From an uncultured Ignavibacteria bacterium (GTDB lineage Bacteria > Zixibacteria > MSB-5A5 > WJJR01 > JAJRUJ01), in the NCBI GenBank assembly GCA_964461835.1, contig CAYWVO010000010.1, positions 2,775 to 66,774 on the forward strand: a DNA stretch of 64,000 nucleotides. Reading direction: 5' to 3'. A program made the translations under genes and the position numbers. Shown here one piece after another: positions 39,440-48,610 of the stretch. The stretch's first letter is position 1, and each line of letters opens with the position of its first letter. Below the pieces are notes generated by a model. It was not told where the DNA came from and made no database searches. It worked only from the letters and a program-made list of their open reading frames with translations.

Positions 39440-41821
39440 ATGGCGAAGCGCAAAAGACAAGAACAACCGGCAAACGAACCATCGACACCGACCAGCTTTT
39501 CCGCCTGGTGGATGCAGCCGTCTATGCTGTACCAAGTCCTCCTGGTGGGGCTAGCCTTTGGGCTACGCGTCATTTATCTCAGTCAGGTCCGGGATAATCC
39601 ATTCTTCTTAGATCCTATTATGGATGCGGCCGTACATCTGGAATGGGCGCAACGCATTTTGGACGGGAATCTTCTCGGCAGCGATGCGTTTTTCCGGGCA
39701 CCGCTGTACCCCTACCTGCTTGCCCTCCTGCAGGCAATCAGCGGTGGAGACCTGTTCGCCGTTCGCCTGCTACAACATGTAATTGGTGTCGTGGGTGTGT
39801 GGGGTATTTATCGTCTCGCCCGGCACCTGCATTCCGAGAGCGCAGCCAAGATCGCGGGGCTGGGCGCCGCGGTGTATCTGCCGCTGATTTATTTTGAAAA
39901 TGAACTGTTGCTCGATTTCCTCCTGGTACCGGGCATGCTCCTTATCGGGTATACTGCTTATCGATACCACCGAAATCCATCGTCCCGCGCAGTGCTGTTT
40001 CTGGGTGGTGCAACCGGTTTGTTCGCTATCACGCGGCCCAATATCCTCCTGTGCGTGCCGGTAATTATCATCGCTGTCTGGCTTTGGGCCCGGCAGGTCA
40101 ACCTGACTCGACGGACCATGATGGTGGGCATCCTGCTGGTCGGCCTGTTGATTCCCATCTTGCCCGTAACCCTGCACAATGCGATTGTCGGCGATGATTT
40201 CGTCCTCATTTCCTCACAGGGTGGCATCAATTTCTATGTCGGGAATAATGCCGAGGCGGATGGTCTATCCGCAGCGATGCCGGAACCATGGGGGCACACC
40301 TGGACCATGGCGGATGTTCACCACCACGCAGAAGAGACGGTGGGAGAAGAGCTAAAGCCGTCCGGGGCCTCGTGGTTCTGGCTGCAAAAGGGCCTGCAAT
40401 GGTGGGAGGATAATCCCGGTGAAGCAACTGCCCTGTTATGGAAAAAGGCCGTCCTCCTCCTGACAAATACCGAAGTCGCCAACAATCAAAATATTCGCCA
40501 TTTCCATGACCAGTATGCTCCGCTCGCACGGTGGTTGCCATTGAGCTTTGGCATTGTTGCACCACTGGGATTGATTGGGTTGCTATTGGCGGCGCGGGAT
40601 AATCGGGTTGCCCGATTATTGTTATGGCTGATGGTGGTGTATGCAATATCGGTGATTATCTTTTTCGTGCCCGCACGGTTTCGTCTGCCGCTGGTGCCGC
40701 TGTTGTTCATTGGGTTCGGGGTGTTTCTTTGGAAGTTGGTGCGCAGTCTCGCTCGACGGAAAATTCATTCGTTCGTTATCCCGGCGATTGCAGCCGGTCT
40801 CTTTATGGTTGTCGCCTTTGGCAATTGGTATCCAACACAACCGGCGACAGACGTCCAGGCAATTTTCCAACTGGGAAACGCCGCGCTGCGCAAGGGGAAC
40901 CTGACCGAAGCCGAAGAATATTTTCAACAAGTTCTGTCACTGGACCCAAATTACCGGGCGGTCCATTTGAACTTGGGGGTGGTTCATCTCCGCCGTGGCC
41001 ATCCCGCAAGTGCGCAACGGGAATTCGAGGAAGAACTGAAGGTCAATCCAAATTCCGATCGGGCCTACGCTAATTTGTCCTCAGTATATGCTTTGCAGGG
41101 GCGGCGCATCGAAGCGGCACGGGCAGGCGAAAAGGCCCTGGAAATTAACCCAAATAATCCGACGGCGCGTTTTAACTTGAGTAATGTCCGCTGGTCGGAA
41201 GGGAGGTTTAAAGACGCGTTACGGATCTTGCTGGAGGGGCCTGATTATATCCAGGAATCGCCCTTGGGTCGCTCGGCGCTGGGAGCAACCTACCTGAAAA
41301 TGGAGCGATTCGCCGAGGCGGAATCGGTTCTGCTGCCTCTGGCGAACGGGGAAGTCCAACTTGACCCGACCGGGCAACTTGGTTTTGATATTGAGGACGC
41401 ACGAGAGCAACTGGGCTTCAACGACCTGACCAACCTTCAGGCCCGCGCCAATTACAATCTTGGGTGGATGACTGCCCGCCAGGGTGATCGTGCGGCGAGT
41501 CTTCCCTATTTCCGCAAAGCCGTCGCCTTAAACAGCCAATTTGATGAGGCCCTGGCCAACATTGGCTCGGCGTTCCTCGACGGCGGCCGGCCGGATTCGG
41601 CGTTGCACTACTTTACGCGGGCTGCTGAAATCAACAGCAAGAATCCCGGCTACCCCCTTAACATCGGTTTAGCCTATCTCGAACTTGCCGATACGACCCG
41701 CGCCATGCAGCATATCGAACAGGCACTCGAGATTAATCCGCAATTTTCTCCCGCCAGACAAAAAATGATCGAATTGAAAACAGCGAATAAAGCGCGGGTA
41801 CGGCCGCTGGATCCCGGTTAG
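39440..41821 (+). CDS. GT39-like (ArnT/PMT-type) membrane glycosyltransferase fused to C-terminal TPR repeats
   Basis: N-terminal ~450 aa with about 10 TM segments and the loop DAAVHLEWAQRILDGNLLGSDAFFRAPLYPYLLA, typical of PMT_2/GT39-type proteins. The C-terminal ~330 aa are TPR units (GNLTEAEEYFQQVLSLDPNYRAVHLNLGVVHLRRG...). Confidence 0.75.
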   Translation: MAKRKRQEQPANEPSTPTSFSAWWMQPSMLYQVLLVGLAFGLRVIYLSQVRDNPFFLDPIMDAAVHLEWAQRILDGNLLGSDAFFRAPLYPYLLALLQAISGGDLFAVRLLQHVIGVVGVWGIYRLARHLHSESAAKIAGLGAAVYLPLIYFENELLLDFLLVPGMLLIGYTAYRYHRNPSSRAVLFLGGATGLFAITRPNILLCVPVIIIAVWLWARQVNLTRRTMMVGILLVGLLIPILPVTLHNAIVGDDFVLISSQGGINFYVGNNAEADGLSAAMPEPWGHTWTMADVHHHAEETVGEELKPSGASWFWLQKGLQWWEDNPGEATALLWKKAVLLLTNTEVANNQNIRHFHDQYAPLARWLPLSFGIVAPLGLIGLLLAARDNRVARLLLWLMVVYAISVIIFFVPARFRLPLVPLLFIGFGVFLWKLVRSLARRKIHSFVIPAIAAGLFMVVAFGNWYPTQPATDVQAIFQLGNAALRKGNLTEAEEYFQQVLSLDPNYRAVHLNLGVVHLRRGHPASAQREFEEELKVNPNSDRAYANLSSVYALQGRRIEAARAGEKALEINPNNPTARFNLSNVRWSEGRFKDALRILLEGPDYIQESPLGRSALGATYLKMERFAEAESVLLPLANGEVQLDPTGQLGFDIEDAREQLGFNDLTNLQARANYNLGWMTARQGDRAASLPYFRKAVALNSQFDEALANIGSAFLDGGRPDSALHYFTRAAEINSKNPGYPLNIGLAYLELADTTRAMQHIEQALEINPQFSPARQKMIELKTANKARVRPLDPG

Positions 41822-41830
41822 CCTAACCAC

Positions 41831-41864
41831 AAACAAAAAAGCGGGGATCACGTGTGATCCCCGC
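41831..41864 (-). terminator. Rho-independent terminator closing the 57354..41887 operon (possibly bidirectional)
   Basis: Palindrome GCGGGGATCAC-GT-GTGATCCCCGC (41841..41864). On the minus strand it is followed by UUUUUUGUUUGUGG, 23 nt after the stop at 41887. It sits between convergent genes. Confidence 0.8.
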
Positions 41865-41886
41865 CAATTCCGTTTACGCAAATACC

Positions 41887-43842
41887 TTACGGTAACGGCT
41901 CTTCAAACCAATCGAGCATGACTCTAAACACCTCGATCATTGGCTCATACTCGAAGCCGTAAGGCGAAGTGCCAAACCACGCGGTCTTAAATACAGGATT
42001 GAGTACACTTGGGCCGATGTTCCGTGCTGCGACAACTTTCTCATGGGGGAAAGCCGTTCCGGCATACCTGCTCTGGTACAGGTAGAGCGCCTCGGCATTC
42101 ACGCCCAGGACCAGAAAGTTCGTTGCCGGAATGGTCTTGAACCGGAAGCCTTTCGGCACATTGTAGTAGTCCCGAATCACGCCGGGGATGAGATACTGAC
42201 CCGTACGCGCCGTGTCGACCGAAAGCGAAGGAAGGATACCGACAAAAGGTTCAGCCGGCAAGGCGCCGACGAAATCATCTTTACCCGGAATGAATTGCGT
42301 GCCTTCCGGCGGGAAACTCGATTTATAGAACCACGGAACATAGATTTCCTCAACGTCCGTGTAGAAGGAGGCAAATTGACCGCTCGGGTGCACCGTCGGG
42401 GAACTAATTCTGTTGCGCGGATCGTCGTCGTTATTGAGGAAACAGTTCCGTCCGAACACCCACAACTTGCCGCCAATGTTCAGATACCGGGCCAGTTGAC
42501 TGTGCACAGACGTCGGGATGACAGTGGCGTCATCATCATCCATGTAGAACACCAGTTCATACTGGCAGAATTTTTCGATCGGGATATCGATCGTTTGCTG
42601 GGGATCCCAGCGACGGATGAAATCCGGCGAGTCTTGATCGAGATCAATGCTGCCATTGGTCGCATCACGAAGCAAATTGAACACGTTTGCGATAGCGAGC
42701 GTGTCGTCTACCCCCCCCGAGATACCTGATCCCGCCGGGATGATTGGCACGGTGAACAGGTTGTAGTTAATGTCATCCACGATAAGAATACGGCGTTCCA
42801 GATGGGCATCGACGACTTTCAGGACCGCTTGTGAAGGCGTTGGATCGGGCGCGAACGCGTCATCCCGCGTCTGTACTTCAAAGAGAAAATATCCCACTCT
42901 CGTGGTAGCGGATTCCGGTTGGTTGCGCCACAAATCAATCAGCAGTGTTTGCTTAGCGGTGGTCCAGATGCCTTCCGGACGGCGTATCCACCCCTCGGAG
43001 GTCAGGGAATCTCCGGAATCGAGCGCCAATGAATTGGCGAGCGTATCTACCTCTGCTTCGCTGTTGAATGGGCCAAACAGACGCCACCGGTATTCAAAAT
43101 CCGGCTGCGTGCGCGGGTAATCCGAGGAGTCCGATCCGCTCCACTGCACAGATATCCCCGGATAAATCGGTGTCCGGCGAGCGATACTGATGTGGGTAAT
43201 GTTCTCCAGAAGGACGCTGTTCTCAATTTTCGTCTGCGGCCAGTGGTTGTTCCGCAGGTACTGCCGCCATTTAATGTCCGAGGAGGCCCCGTCGTCATCT
43301 ATCGCGCGGACGAACATATACTGTTGAATTGACTCCGAGACACAGTTCAAAGTGTCCTTAATGGTCACGGTATCCCCGTCAATAACCTCAAACCCAATTG
43401 AGTCGATATCACAGTCGATTGACCAGATGGTGTCGCCATCCTCGTTAACGCCAATTGCCACCTCATTCGTGTCGAATGAAGCAAAGAGACGGACTTCACC
43501 ACGGGTAGCCGTTTGAACCGAATCCACCCAGATATTGATCCAGTCATATTCGTCCTCGGGTGTGGTAAGGATGTAATCATCCGGATTACCGACTTCGAAG
43601 TCCCGCTTGACCGCGTACTGGTACTGTTCAATGGTTCCATCGTTATCCGTGCCATACCAGTAGATGGTCGGATTTCGCGAAAAGGTCGTTCCGTCAACCG
43701 GAATATTGGCGAAGAAAACTTCCGGCGGATTGTTATCCGGCGGCTCTCCTTCGTTAGTGAGTTTTCCGCACCCGGCGGCAAATAAAACGCCGATGACGGC
43801 GATCGTGAGCAACAGGTGAAGTTTCCGATACATCCTCAACAC
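41887..43842 (-). CDS. Large lipoprotein of unknown function (last gene of the OM module)
   Basis: MLRMYRKLHLLLTIAVIGVLFAAGC-GK lipobox. N-terminal half has Ig-like units with ...IYWYGTDNDGTIEQYQYAV... / ...DFEYRWRLFGPF.... The C-terminal half begins RRILIVDDINYN...YELVFYMDDDD...YLNIGGKLWVFG, resembling the VLVVDDD...YLDGGGSLFMTG region of the M6 protease at 31191..34007. Confidence 0.75.
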   Translation of the reverse strand: MLRMYRKLHLLLTIAVIGVLFAAGCGKLTNEGEPPDNNPPEVFFANIPVDGTTFSRNPTIYWYGTDNDGTIEQYQYAVKRDFEVGNPDDYILTTPEDEYDWINIWVDSVQTATRGEVRLFASFDTNEVAIGVNEDGDTIWSIDCDIDSIGFEVIDGDTVTIKDTLNCVSESIQQYMFVRAIDDDGASSDIKWRQYLRNNHWPQTKIENSVLLENITHISIARRTPIYPGISVQWSGSDSSDYPRTQPDFEYRWRLFGPFNSEAEVDTLANSLALDSGDSLTSEGWIRRPEGIWTTAKQTLLIDLWRNQPESATTRVGYFLFEVQTRDDAFAPDPTPSQAVLKVVDAHLERRILIVDDINYNLFTVPIIPAGSGISGGVDDTLAIANVFNLLRDATNGSIDLDQDSPDFIRRWDPQQTIDIPIEKFCQYELVFYMDDDDATVIPTSVHSQLARYLNIGGKLWVFGRNCFLNNDDDPRNRISSPTVHPSGQFASFYTDVEEIYVPWFYKSSFPPEGTQFIPGKDDFVGALPAEPFVGILPSLSVDTARTGQYLIPGVIRDYYNVPKGFRFKTIPATNFLVLGVNAEALYLYQSRYAGTAFPHEKVVAARNIGPSVLNPVFKTAWFGTSPYGFEYEPMIEVFRVMLDWFEEPLP

Positions 43843-43933
43843 CCCTTCTATCGTACCTCAAGTGAATACGTTATTTATTCCTCAAGTCCCCGAAACGCAA
43901 TATGTCACACTACGCACAATGCAATTATTGACA

Positions 43934-44825
43934 CCCTTTAAAACGTGAGCCGGAAGGTGAAGCGGTCGACATCACCCAAAACGCCCATGTCCTGCCGGGC
44001 GTAGTCCGCCTCCAGGCTCCGCTCGCCCAGCGGCAACCGGAAGCCCAACCCCCAGGTCATCCCCGACAGGTCGTGCTCAAACCGGTCACCAACCCGCAAG
44101 GCAAACATGTCGTTATACCAATATTCCAACCCCGCGTTGTACTTCTCCAAATTGTCCGACGGATGGGACCCCTCCATCGCAAACGTCGCCCGATGCCGCT
44201 CACCGTCCAACACATCGATCGCCGCACCAAAATGAAAGTTGATCGGCAACGGATACTCCTGCGAAATAAACGTCATGTCCGGACCAAAATTCGTAATCAC
44301 CATCGTAATCTTGAAGTTCCGAAACCCCGTGTTATAGTTGGTCCCCACGTCCGCCGCCCAACCGGTCGCACGCTCCTCCTCGTACAACTCGTCGATCACC
44401 TTCGCCGTCACCCCCAGCGAAAAACGGTCCGTCAAATACCGACTGTACGATACCCCAAACGCGTAATCCTTCGCCGAAAAGGTCCACCCCGGCGCACCCA
44501 GCGGGTACTCATACGTCGTCACCGACATATCCCCCGCCGATAAATTGTAAAACGAAAAACCCAGCACCCCGCCAAAATCCAGCGGCAACGCCAGACCCGC
44601 AAACCCGTAGTTGATCTCCGCCGGATACTCAACCCAGGTCAACACCACTTCCCGGCCGCCCAGCTGCACCAGACCCGCCGGATTGTAATACAACGCCGAG
44701 GCATCGTCCGCCACCGCCACAAACGCGCCGCCCATGCCGTCCGCACGCGCCGATACCCCAATCTCTAAAAACTGTGCACCCGTCGTACCTACCTTCGCCT
44801 GACCGTACACCAACGACGGCGCAAC
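43934..44825. repeat. 892-bp perfect direct repeat, copy 1 (partner 47599..48490)
   Basis: I compared the two copies line by line at an offset of 3665 nt and all 892 positions are identical. Identity starts 4 nt beyond the stop codon. It ends inside the signal-peptide coding region (codon 22/23), where A reads g at 44826 and B reads c at 48491. Confidence 0.95.
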
Positions 44826-44888
44826 GAGAAGCAATGCTGCGGCGCACATACCTACCACGAAGGATTTCAATTTCGGGCTCATACTCAC
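43938..44888 (-). CDS. PorV/PorQ-family-like outer-membrane beta-barrel, copy A
   Basis: GTG start, signal MSMSPKLKSFVVGMCAAALLLVAPSLVYG-Q. N-terminal GTTGAQFLEIGVSARADGMGGAFVAVADDASALYYNPAGL matches the PorV pattern (FL.I..dARa.gMG.a.vA...Da.s...NPA.l). Gly/Tyr-rich strands. The C-terminal ...RFTFRLTF ends in Phe. Confidence 0.65.
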   Translation of the reverse strand: MSMSPKLKSFVVGMCAAALLLVAPSLVYGQAKVGTTGAQFLEIGVSARADGMGGAFVAVADDASALYYNPAGLVQLGGREVVLTWVEYPAEINYGFAGLALPLDFGGVLGFSFYNLSAGDMSVTTYEYPLGAPGWTFSAKDYAFGVSYSRYLTDRFSLGVTAKVIDELYEEERATGWAADVGTNYNTGFRNFKITMVITNFGPDMTFISQEYPLPINFHFGAAIDVLDGERHRATFAMEGSHPSDNLEKYNAGLEYWYNDMFALRVGDRFEHDLSGMTWGLGFRLPLGERSLEADYARQDMGVLGDVDRFTFRLTF

Positions 44889-44932
44889 CGACTCCTTATC
44901 ATCACAGATTCACAATACTCTTCTCTACCCTT

Positions 44933-47572
44933 CTACTTAATGATCACGAGTTTCCCGATGTCGGTCCCCTGTTCGGATTCAATCGTATAGAGGTAAATTC
45001 CCGACACCACCGCCTGCGTGTTCTTGGAGATCAAGTCCCAATAGGCCTTGGAATCCGTATGCGAGAACGGCGCACCTTCATAATGTTCAATCTCTCGGAC
45101 GAGATCGCCGTCCAGGCTGAAGATTTTGATCGTGGCCTCCGAGGGCAAATTAACAAAATGAATGCGTCGGTCGCGTTCAGTCCAGCCCTCGCGGTTGGGA
45201 TCTTCGTATTGCCGCCCGCGATAATTGGCTGAAATCTTGTAGGGATTGGGATACACCGAGACCTCCAACCCCAATGATTCCGCCACGGCGGCTGAATAGG
45301 CCGGAAACGCCCGCTCCGAGTTCACCATGGGCGAGGACTCCAGCGGCTCCAGGTCATTCTGCGGGAAGCCAAAGTCAAATGCGGTCACCGCAAAATAATA
45401 CGATTCCGACGGCAACAGGTTGTCGATGGTGAACCGGTATTTACCGTACTGCAGCGTATCGTTGGTCGCTTCATCTACTGAATCGATAAGGGCTACCCGT
45501 TCAATGGGATTCTCAACTTCAACTCCGTGTTCCATGTAGGTATTGCCGCGGTTCCAGTCCTCTTTCTCGAAGTAGTACCGCTGGCTGCCCTCTGCCGTGT
45601 AATGTGTAAACGGATTTTCTTTGTTCGGATACTGTGTCGGATCGAAGTCGGGATCGTCAAACAGGGTGCGCAATTCTTCCAGCGTCAACGGGTGGTCCTT
45701 GTATACCCACCGGTCATCCGAACCGATTTGTGCCGTCATATCTTCCCGGAACGGCCGGAAGTCGACTATATCCCACGAGGCGATCAGGGCGAAGCTGTTG
45801 ACCTGATTCATATCGCCCATGTAGACCCGATATCCTTCGAAGTCATTCAGGAAGCTGAACGGATCGGCGGTCAATTCCGTCGTCGATCCGTACCATTCAA
45901 TTTCCACCTGTCCGGGTAGTGTGGTGATGTGCAGCTTCGGAGATTGCGGTGGGGGGGGGCCGGAGTAATCCGGAATACCATCACCCGCATACCAAACTGT
46001 ATCACAGCCATAGCAGACAACCGAATCACCAATAACGGAATCCTGGCAATTCGCGAGATACCTCAATCCGCGGCATTCATCGGCGACGCCGGTAATCGGA
46101 TCGGGTGTGCTGATTCCCGGGTTATCGAAAACCCAGGCCGCCCAGCGGGCGTTCACTGCCAGGTCCGTAAAGTCGATGTTGTCATTAAAGGTCCACGGAT
46201 CATCAGGAAGGTTTTCAGCATTATCGGGCTTCAGGTGGAAGTCCTCACCCGCGACATAACCGATGGTTACCTGCAGAGAATCGGCAACACCAATTTCGAA
46301 CGGGCCAAAAGACAGGAGATAACGCGTATCGTACCCATCGGCAAATGTCCGCGCCTGACTTTCGTGGGGCGGCAACCAGCCCTCATCCGAAAAGTCTTGC
46401 GCGGAGAAGACCTGGTCATAATCAAACTCGTTGTTGGACATATACCGATACTTATGTGCATCCCCGTCCGGGGTGCCCAGACCGCCGGAAATATTGCGAT
46501 CACCCGGCAATCGTTGCGGTCCCCAGTCCAGGTTGGTCTGCCCGTGTGAGTTCCACCAGTTAAAAGAATAATCAATGGGTCGCGGACCGCAGCCCCCCGG
46601 CGGAGTAGGTGAGCGTACCACGCGGGTCCCGGTCACCGCTTTGGGCGACCGATAATCAAAGACGCCACCGCTCGGGTCACCGTCATTATCGCTAATCCAG
46701 GCAATGTTAATCGTGTCCTGTGCGGGTTCGGATTCTCCACAGGGGATTGCCCCGGACAAACTCGGCACCGTCTCACGGAAACCACAAATATCATCCTGAA
46801 AACCGTTTAGCGTCGATGCATGGTACACGTCCGCATCAATATAAACTCCCATGTATAGTTTGCTGAGGCTGTCCTCACCGATGTTCTTGATGGTAAAATC
46901 AAGCAGGACAAAATCCTGGGCGTATGAATACGACCAGGCATACGACTTTTGAATGATTTTTAATCCTAATGGAACGTGAGGACCAGTAAAAGGATCAGGA
47001 GATACATATGCCTGATCGGTTAGTGTGTCTGTGTATTCGGCGATGAAGTCTTGTTCGGAGACTGCATCCTCCGAGAAGTTCGGGTTGCCGGGACGATTGG
47101 TCAGTTCGCGAATAATCCCCCCATTTTCGATGGTCTCCGGATACATCTCCGCGATATGCTGCCAACCATCATGGCCGGTCGAGGTCAGCGTATCAATCCC
47201 GCGAATGGCGCTAATCCAGAGGGCGCCCTGAAAAAGATAGTCAATGCTTGAACCGGCGGGGAATTCCGCCCCCACACACAGGCCGGTAACGTCATCGCAG
47301 AATTCACGGTCTTGACTGCCGAAGAATCCCCAGTTGGTCACGGAAAGATAGAAGTTGCCAACGTTATGGGTACGCAGGATCGTGTTTGGAACCTGCGCAG
47401 ACTTCGTCAATTGATGCTTATCAGAGATCGTGGTATTCTCACCATCAATATATTTTAGTCGAGCAGCCCCGGGCCGGGCCAGGCACGCGACCATCAATAG
47501 ACATGTCCCAATTCGAACCGCCAACCGCATAATATCCCCTTTCCGGAAACTCCTGATCTCTCGCATCGTCAT
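44933..47572 (-). CDS. ~870-aa secreted protein family member, paralog 1, with variant T9SS-like C-terminal domain
   Basis: Signal-like N-terminus (MRLAVRIGTCLLMVACLARPGAA). Alignable along its whole length with 48611..51262 and 51334..53934 (e.g. HNVGNFYLSVTNWGFFGS / HKVGNVWMTITNYGIFGS / HRVGNVWMTITNYGFFGS; FPAGS..YL.QGALW). C-terminal VYPNPYKISANYRG...RRIHFVNLPSEATIKIFSLDGDLVREI...VVSGIYLYTIES...GKLVIIK. Confidence 0.85.
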   Translation of the reverse strand: MTMREIRSFRKGDIMRLAVRIGTCLLMVACLARPGAARLKYIDGENTTISDKHQLTKSAQVPNTILRTHNVGNFYLSVTNWGFFGSQDREFCDDVTGLCVGAEFPAGSSIDYLFQGALWISAIRGIDTLTSTGHDGWQHIAEMYPETIENGGIIRELTNRPGNPNFSEDAVSEQDFIAEYTDTLTDQAYVSPDPFTGPHVPLGLKIIQKSYAWSYSYAQDFVLLDFTIKNIGEDSLSKLYMGVYIDADVYHASTLNGFQDDICGFRETVPSLSGAIPCGESEPAQDTINIAWISDNDGDPSGGVFDYRSPKAVTGTRVVRSPTPPGGCGPRPIDYSFNWWNSHGQTNLDWGPQRLPGDRNISGGLGTPDGDAHKYRYMSNNEFDYDQVFSAQDFSDEGWLPPHESQARTFADGYDTRYLLSFGPFEIGVADSLQVTIGYVAGEDFHLKPDNAENLPDDPWTFNDNIDFTDLAVNARWAAWVFDNPGISTPDPITGVADECRGLRYLANCQDSVIGDSVVCYGCDTVWYAGDGIPDYSGPPPPQSPKLHITTLPGQVEIEWYGSTTELTADPFSFLNDFEGYRVYMGDMNQVNSFALIASWDIVDFRPFREDMTAQIGSDDRWVYKDHPLTLEELRTLFDDPDFDPTQYPNKENPFTHYTAEGSQRYYFEKEDWNRGNTYMEHGVEVENPIERVALIDSVDEATNDTLQYGKYRFTIDNLLPSESYYFAVTAFDFGFPQNDLEPLESSPMVNSERAFPAYSAAVAESLGLEVSVYPNPYKISANYRGRQYEDPNREGWTERDRRIHFVNLPSEATIKIFSLDGDLVREIEHYEGAPFSHTDSKAYWDLISKNTQAVVSGIYLYTIESEQGTDIGKLVIIK

Positions 47573-47598
47573 GTCGACATCCTTTACGTCGCTCGGAT

Positions 47599-48490
47599 CC
47601 CTTTAAAACGTGAGCCGGAAGGTGAAGCGGTCGACATCACCCAAAACGCCCATGTCCTGCCGGGCGTAGTCCGCCTCCAGGCTCCGCTCGCCCAGCGGCA
47701 ACCGGAAGCCCAACCCCCAGGTCATCCCCGACAGGTCGTGCTCAAACCGGTCACCAACCCGCAAGGCAAACATGTCGTTATACCAATATTCCAACCCCGC
47801 GTTGTACTTCTCCAAATTGTCCGACGGATGGGACCCCTCCATCGCAAACGTCGCCCGATGCCGCTCACCGTCCAACACATCGATCGCCGCACCAAAATGA
47901 AAGTTGATCGGCAACGGATACTCCTGCGAAATAAACGTCATGTCCGGACCAAAATTCGTAATCACCATCGTAATCTTGAAGTTCCGAAACCCCGTGTTAT
48001 AGTTGGTCCCCACGTCCGCCGCCCAACCGGTCGCACGCTCCTCCTCGTACAACTCGTCGATCACCTTCGCCGTCACCCCCAGCGAAAAACGGTCCGTCAA
48101 ATACCGACTGTACGATACCCCAAACGCGTAATCCTTCGCCGAAAAGGTCCACCCCGGCGCACCCAGCGGGTACTCATACGTCGTCACCGACATATCCCCC
48201 GCCGATAAATTGTAAAACGAAAAACCCAGCACCCCGCCAAAATCCAGCGGCAACGCCAGACCCGCAAACCCGTAGTTGATCTCCGCCGGATACTCAACCC
48301 AGGTCAACACCACTTCCCGGCCGCCCAGCTGCACCAGACCCGCCGGATTGTAATACAACGCCGAGGCATCGTCCGCCACCGCCACAAACGCGCCGCCCAT
48401 GCCGTCCGCACGCGCCGATACCCCAATCTCTAAAAACTGTGCACCCGTCGTACCTACCTTCGCCTGACCGTACACCAACGACGGCGCAAC
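47599..48490. repeat. 892-bp perfect direct repeat, copy 2 (partner 43934..44825)
   Basis: See copy 1. The offset is exactly 3665 nt. Flanks diverge immediately: a/t at 43933/47598 and g/c at 44826/48491. Confidence 0.95.
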
Positions 48491-48556
48491 CAATACTACT
48501 GCACTCAATACAACCGCACATGTCACGAGTTTCCGCATTGTCCTCACTCCACTCAC
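47603..48556 (-). CDS. PorV/PorQ-family-like outer-membrane beta-barrel, copy B
   Basis: GTG start. The signal peptide MSGVRTMRKLVTCAVVLSAVVLVAPSLVYG-Q differs from copy A only before ...LVAPSLVYG. The remaining 293 residues are identical because the DNA is identical. Confidence 0.65.
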   Translation of the reverse strand: MSGVRTMRKLVTCAVVLSAVVLVAPSLVYGQAKVGTTGAQFLEIGVSARADGMGGAFVAVADDASALYYNPAGLVQLGGREVVLTWVEYPAEINYGFAGLALPLDFGGVLGFSFYNLSAGDMSVTTYEYPLGAPGWTFSAKDYAFGVSYSRYLTDRFSLGVTAKVIDELYEEERATGWAADVGTNYNTGFRNFKITMVITNFGPDMTFISQEYPLPINFHFGAAIDVLDGERHRATFAMEGSHPSDNLEKYNAGLEYWYNDMFALRVGDRFEHDLSGMTWGLGFRLPLGERSLEADYARQDMGVLGDVDRFTFRLTF

Positions 48557-48610
48557 AGCCTTTGCCTATCATTGCCCACGGGATGATTTTCACCCCTTTG
48601 GCTCTAAACT

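Noticed and set aside
44073-44543. Identical 156-aa plus-strand ORFs at 44073..44543 and 47738..48208
   Set aside because: Their identity is a by-product of the 892-bp repeat. They are antisense to the PorV-like genes and extremely Arg/Pro/His-rich, so they are not credible proteins.
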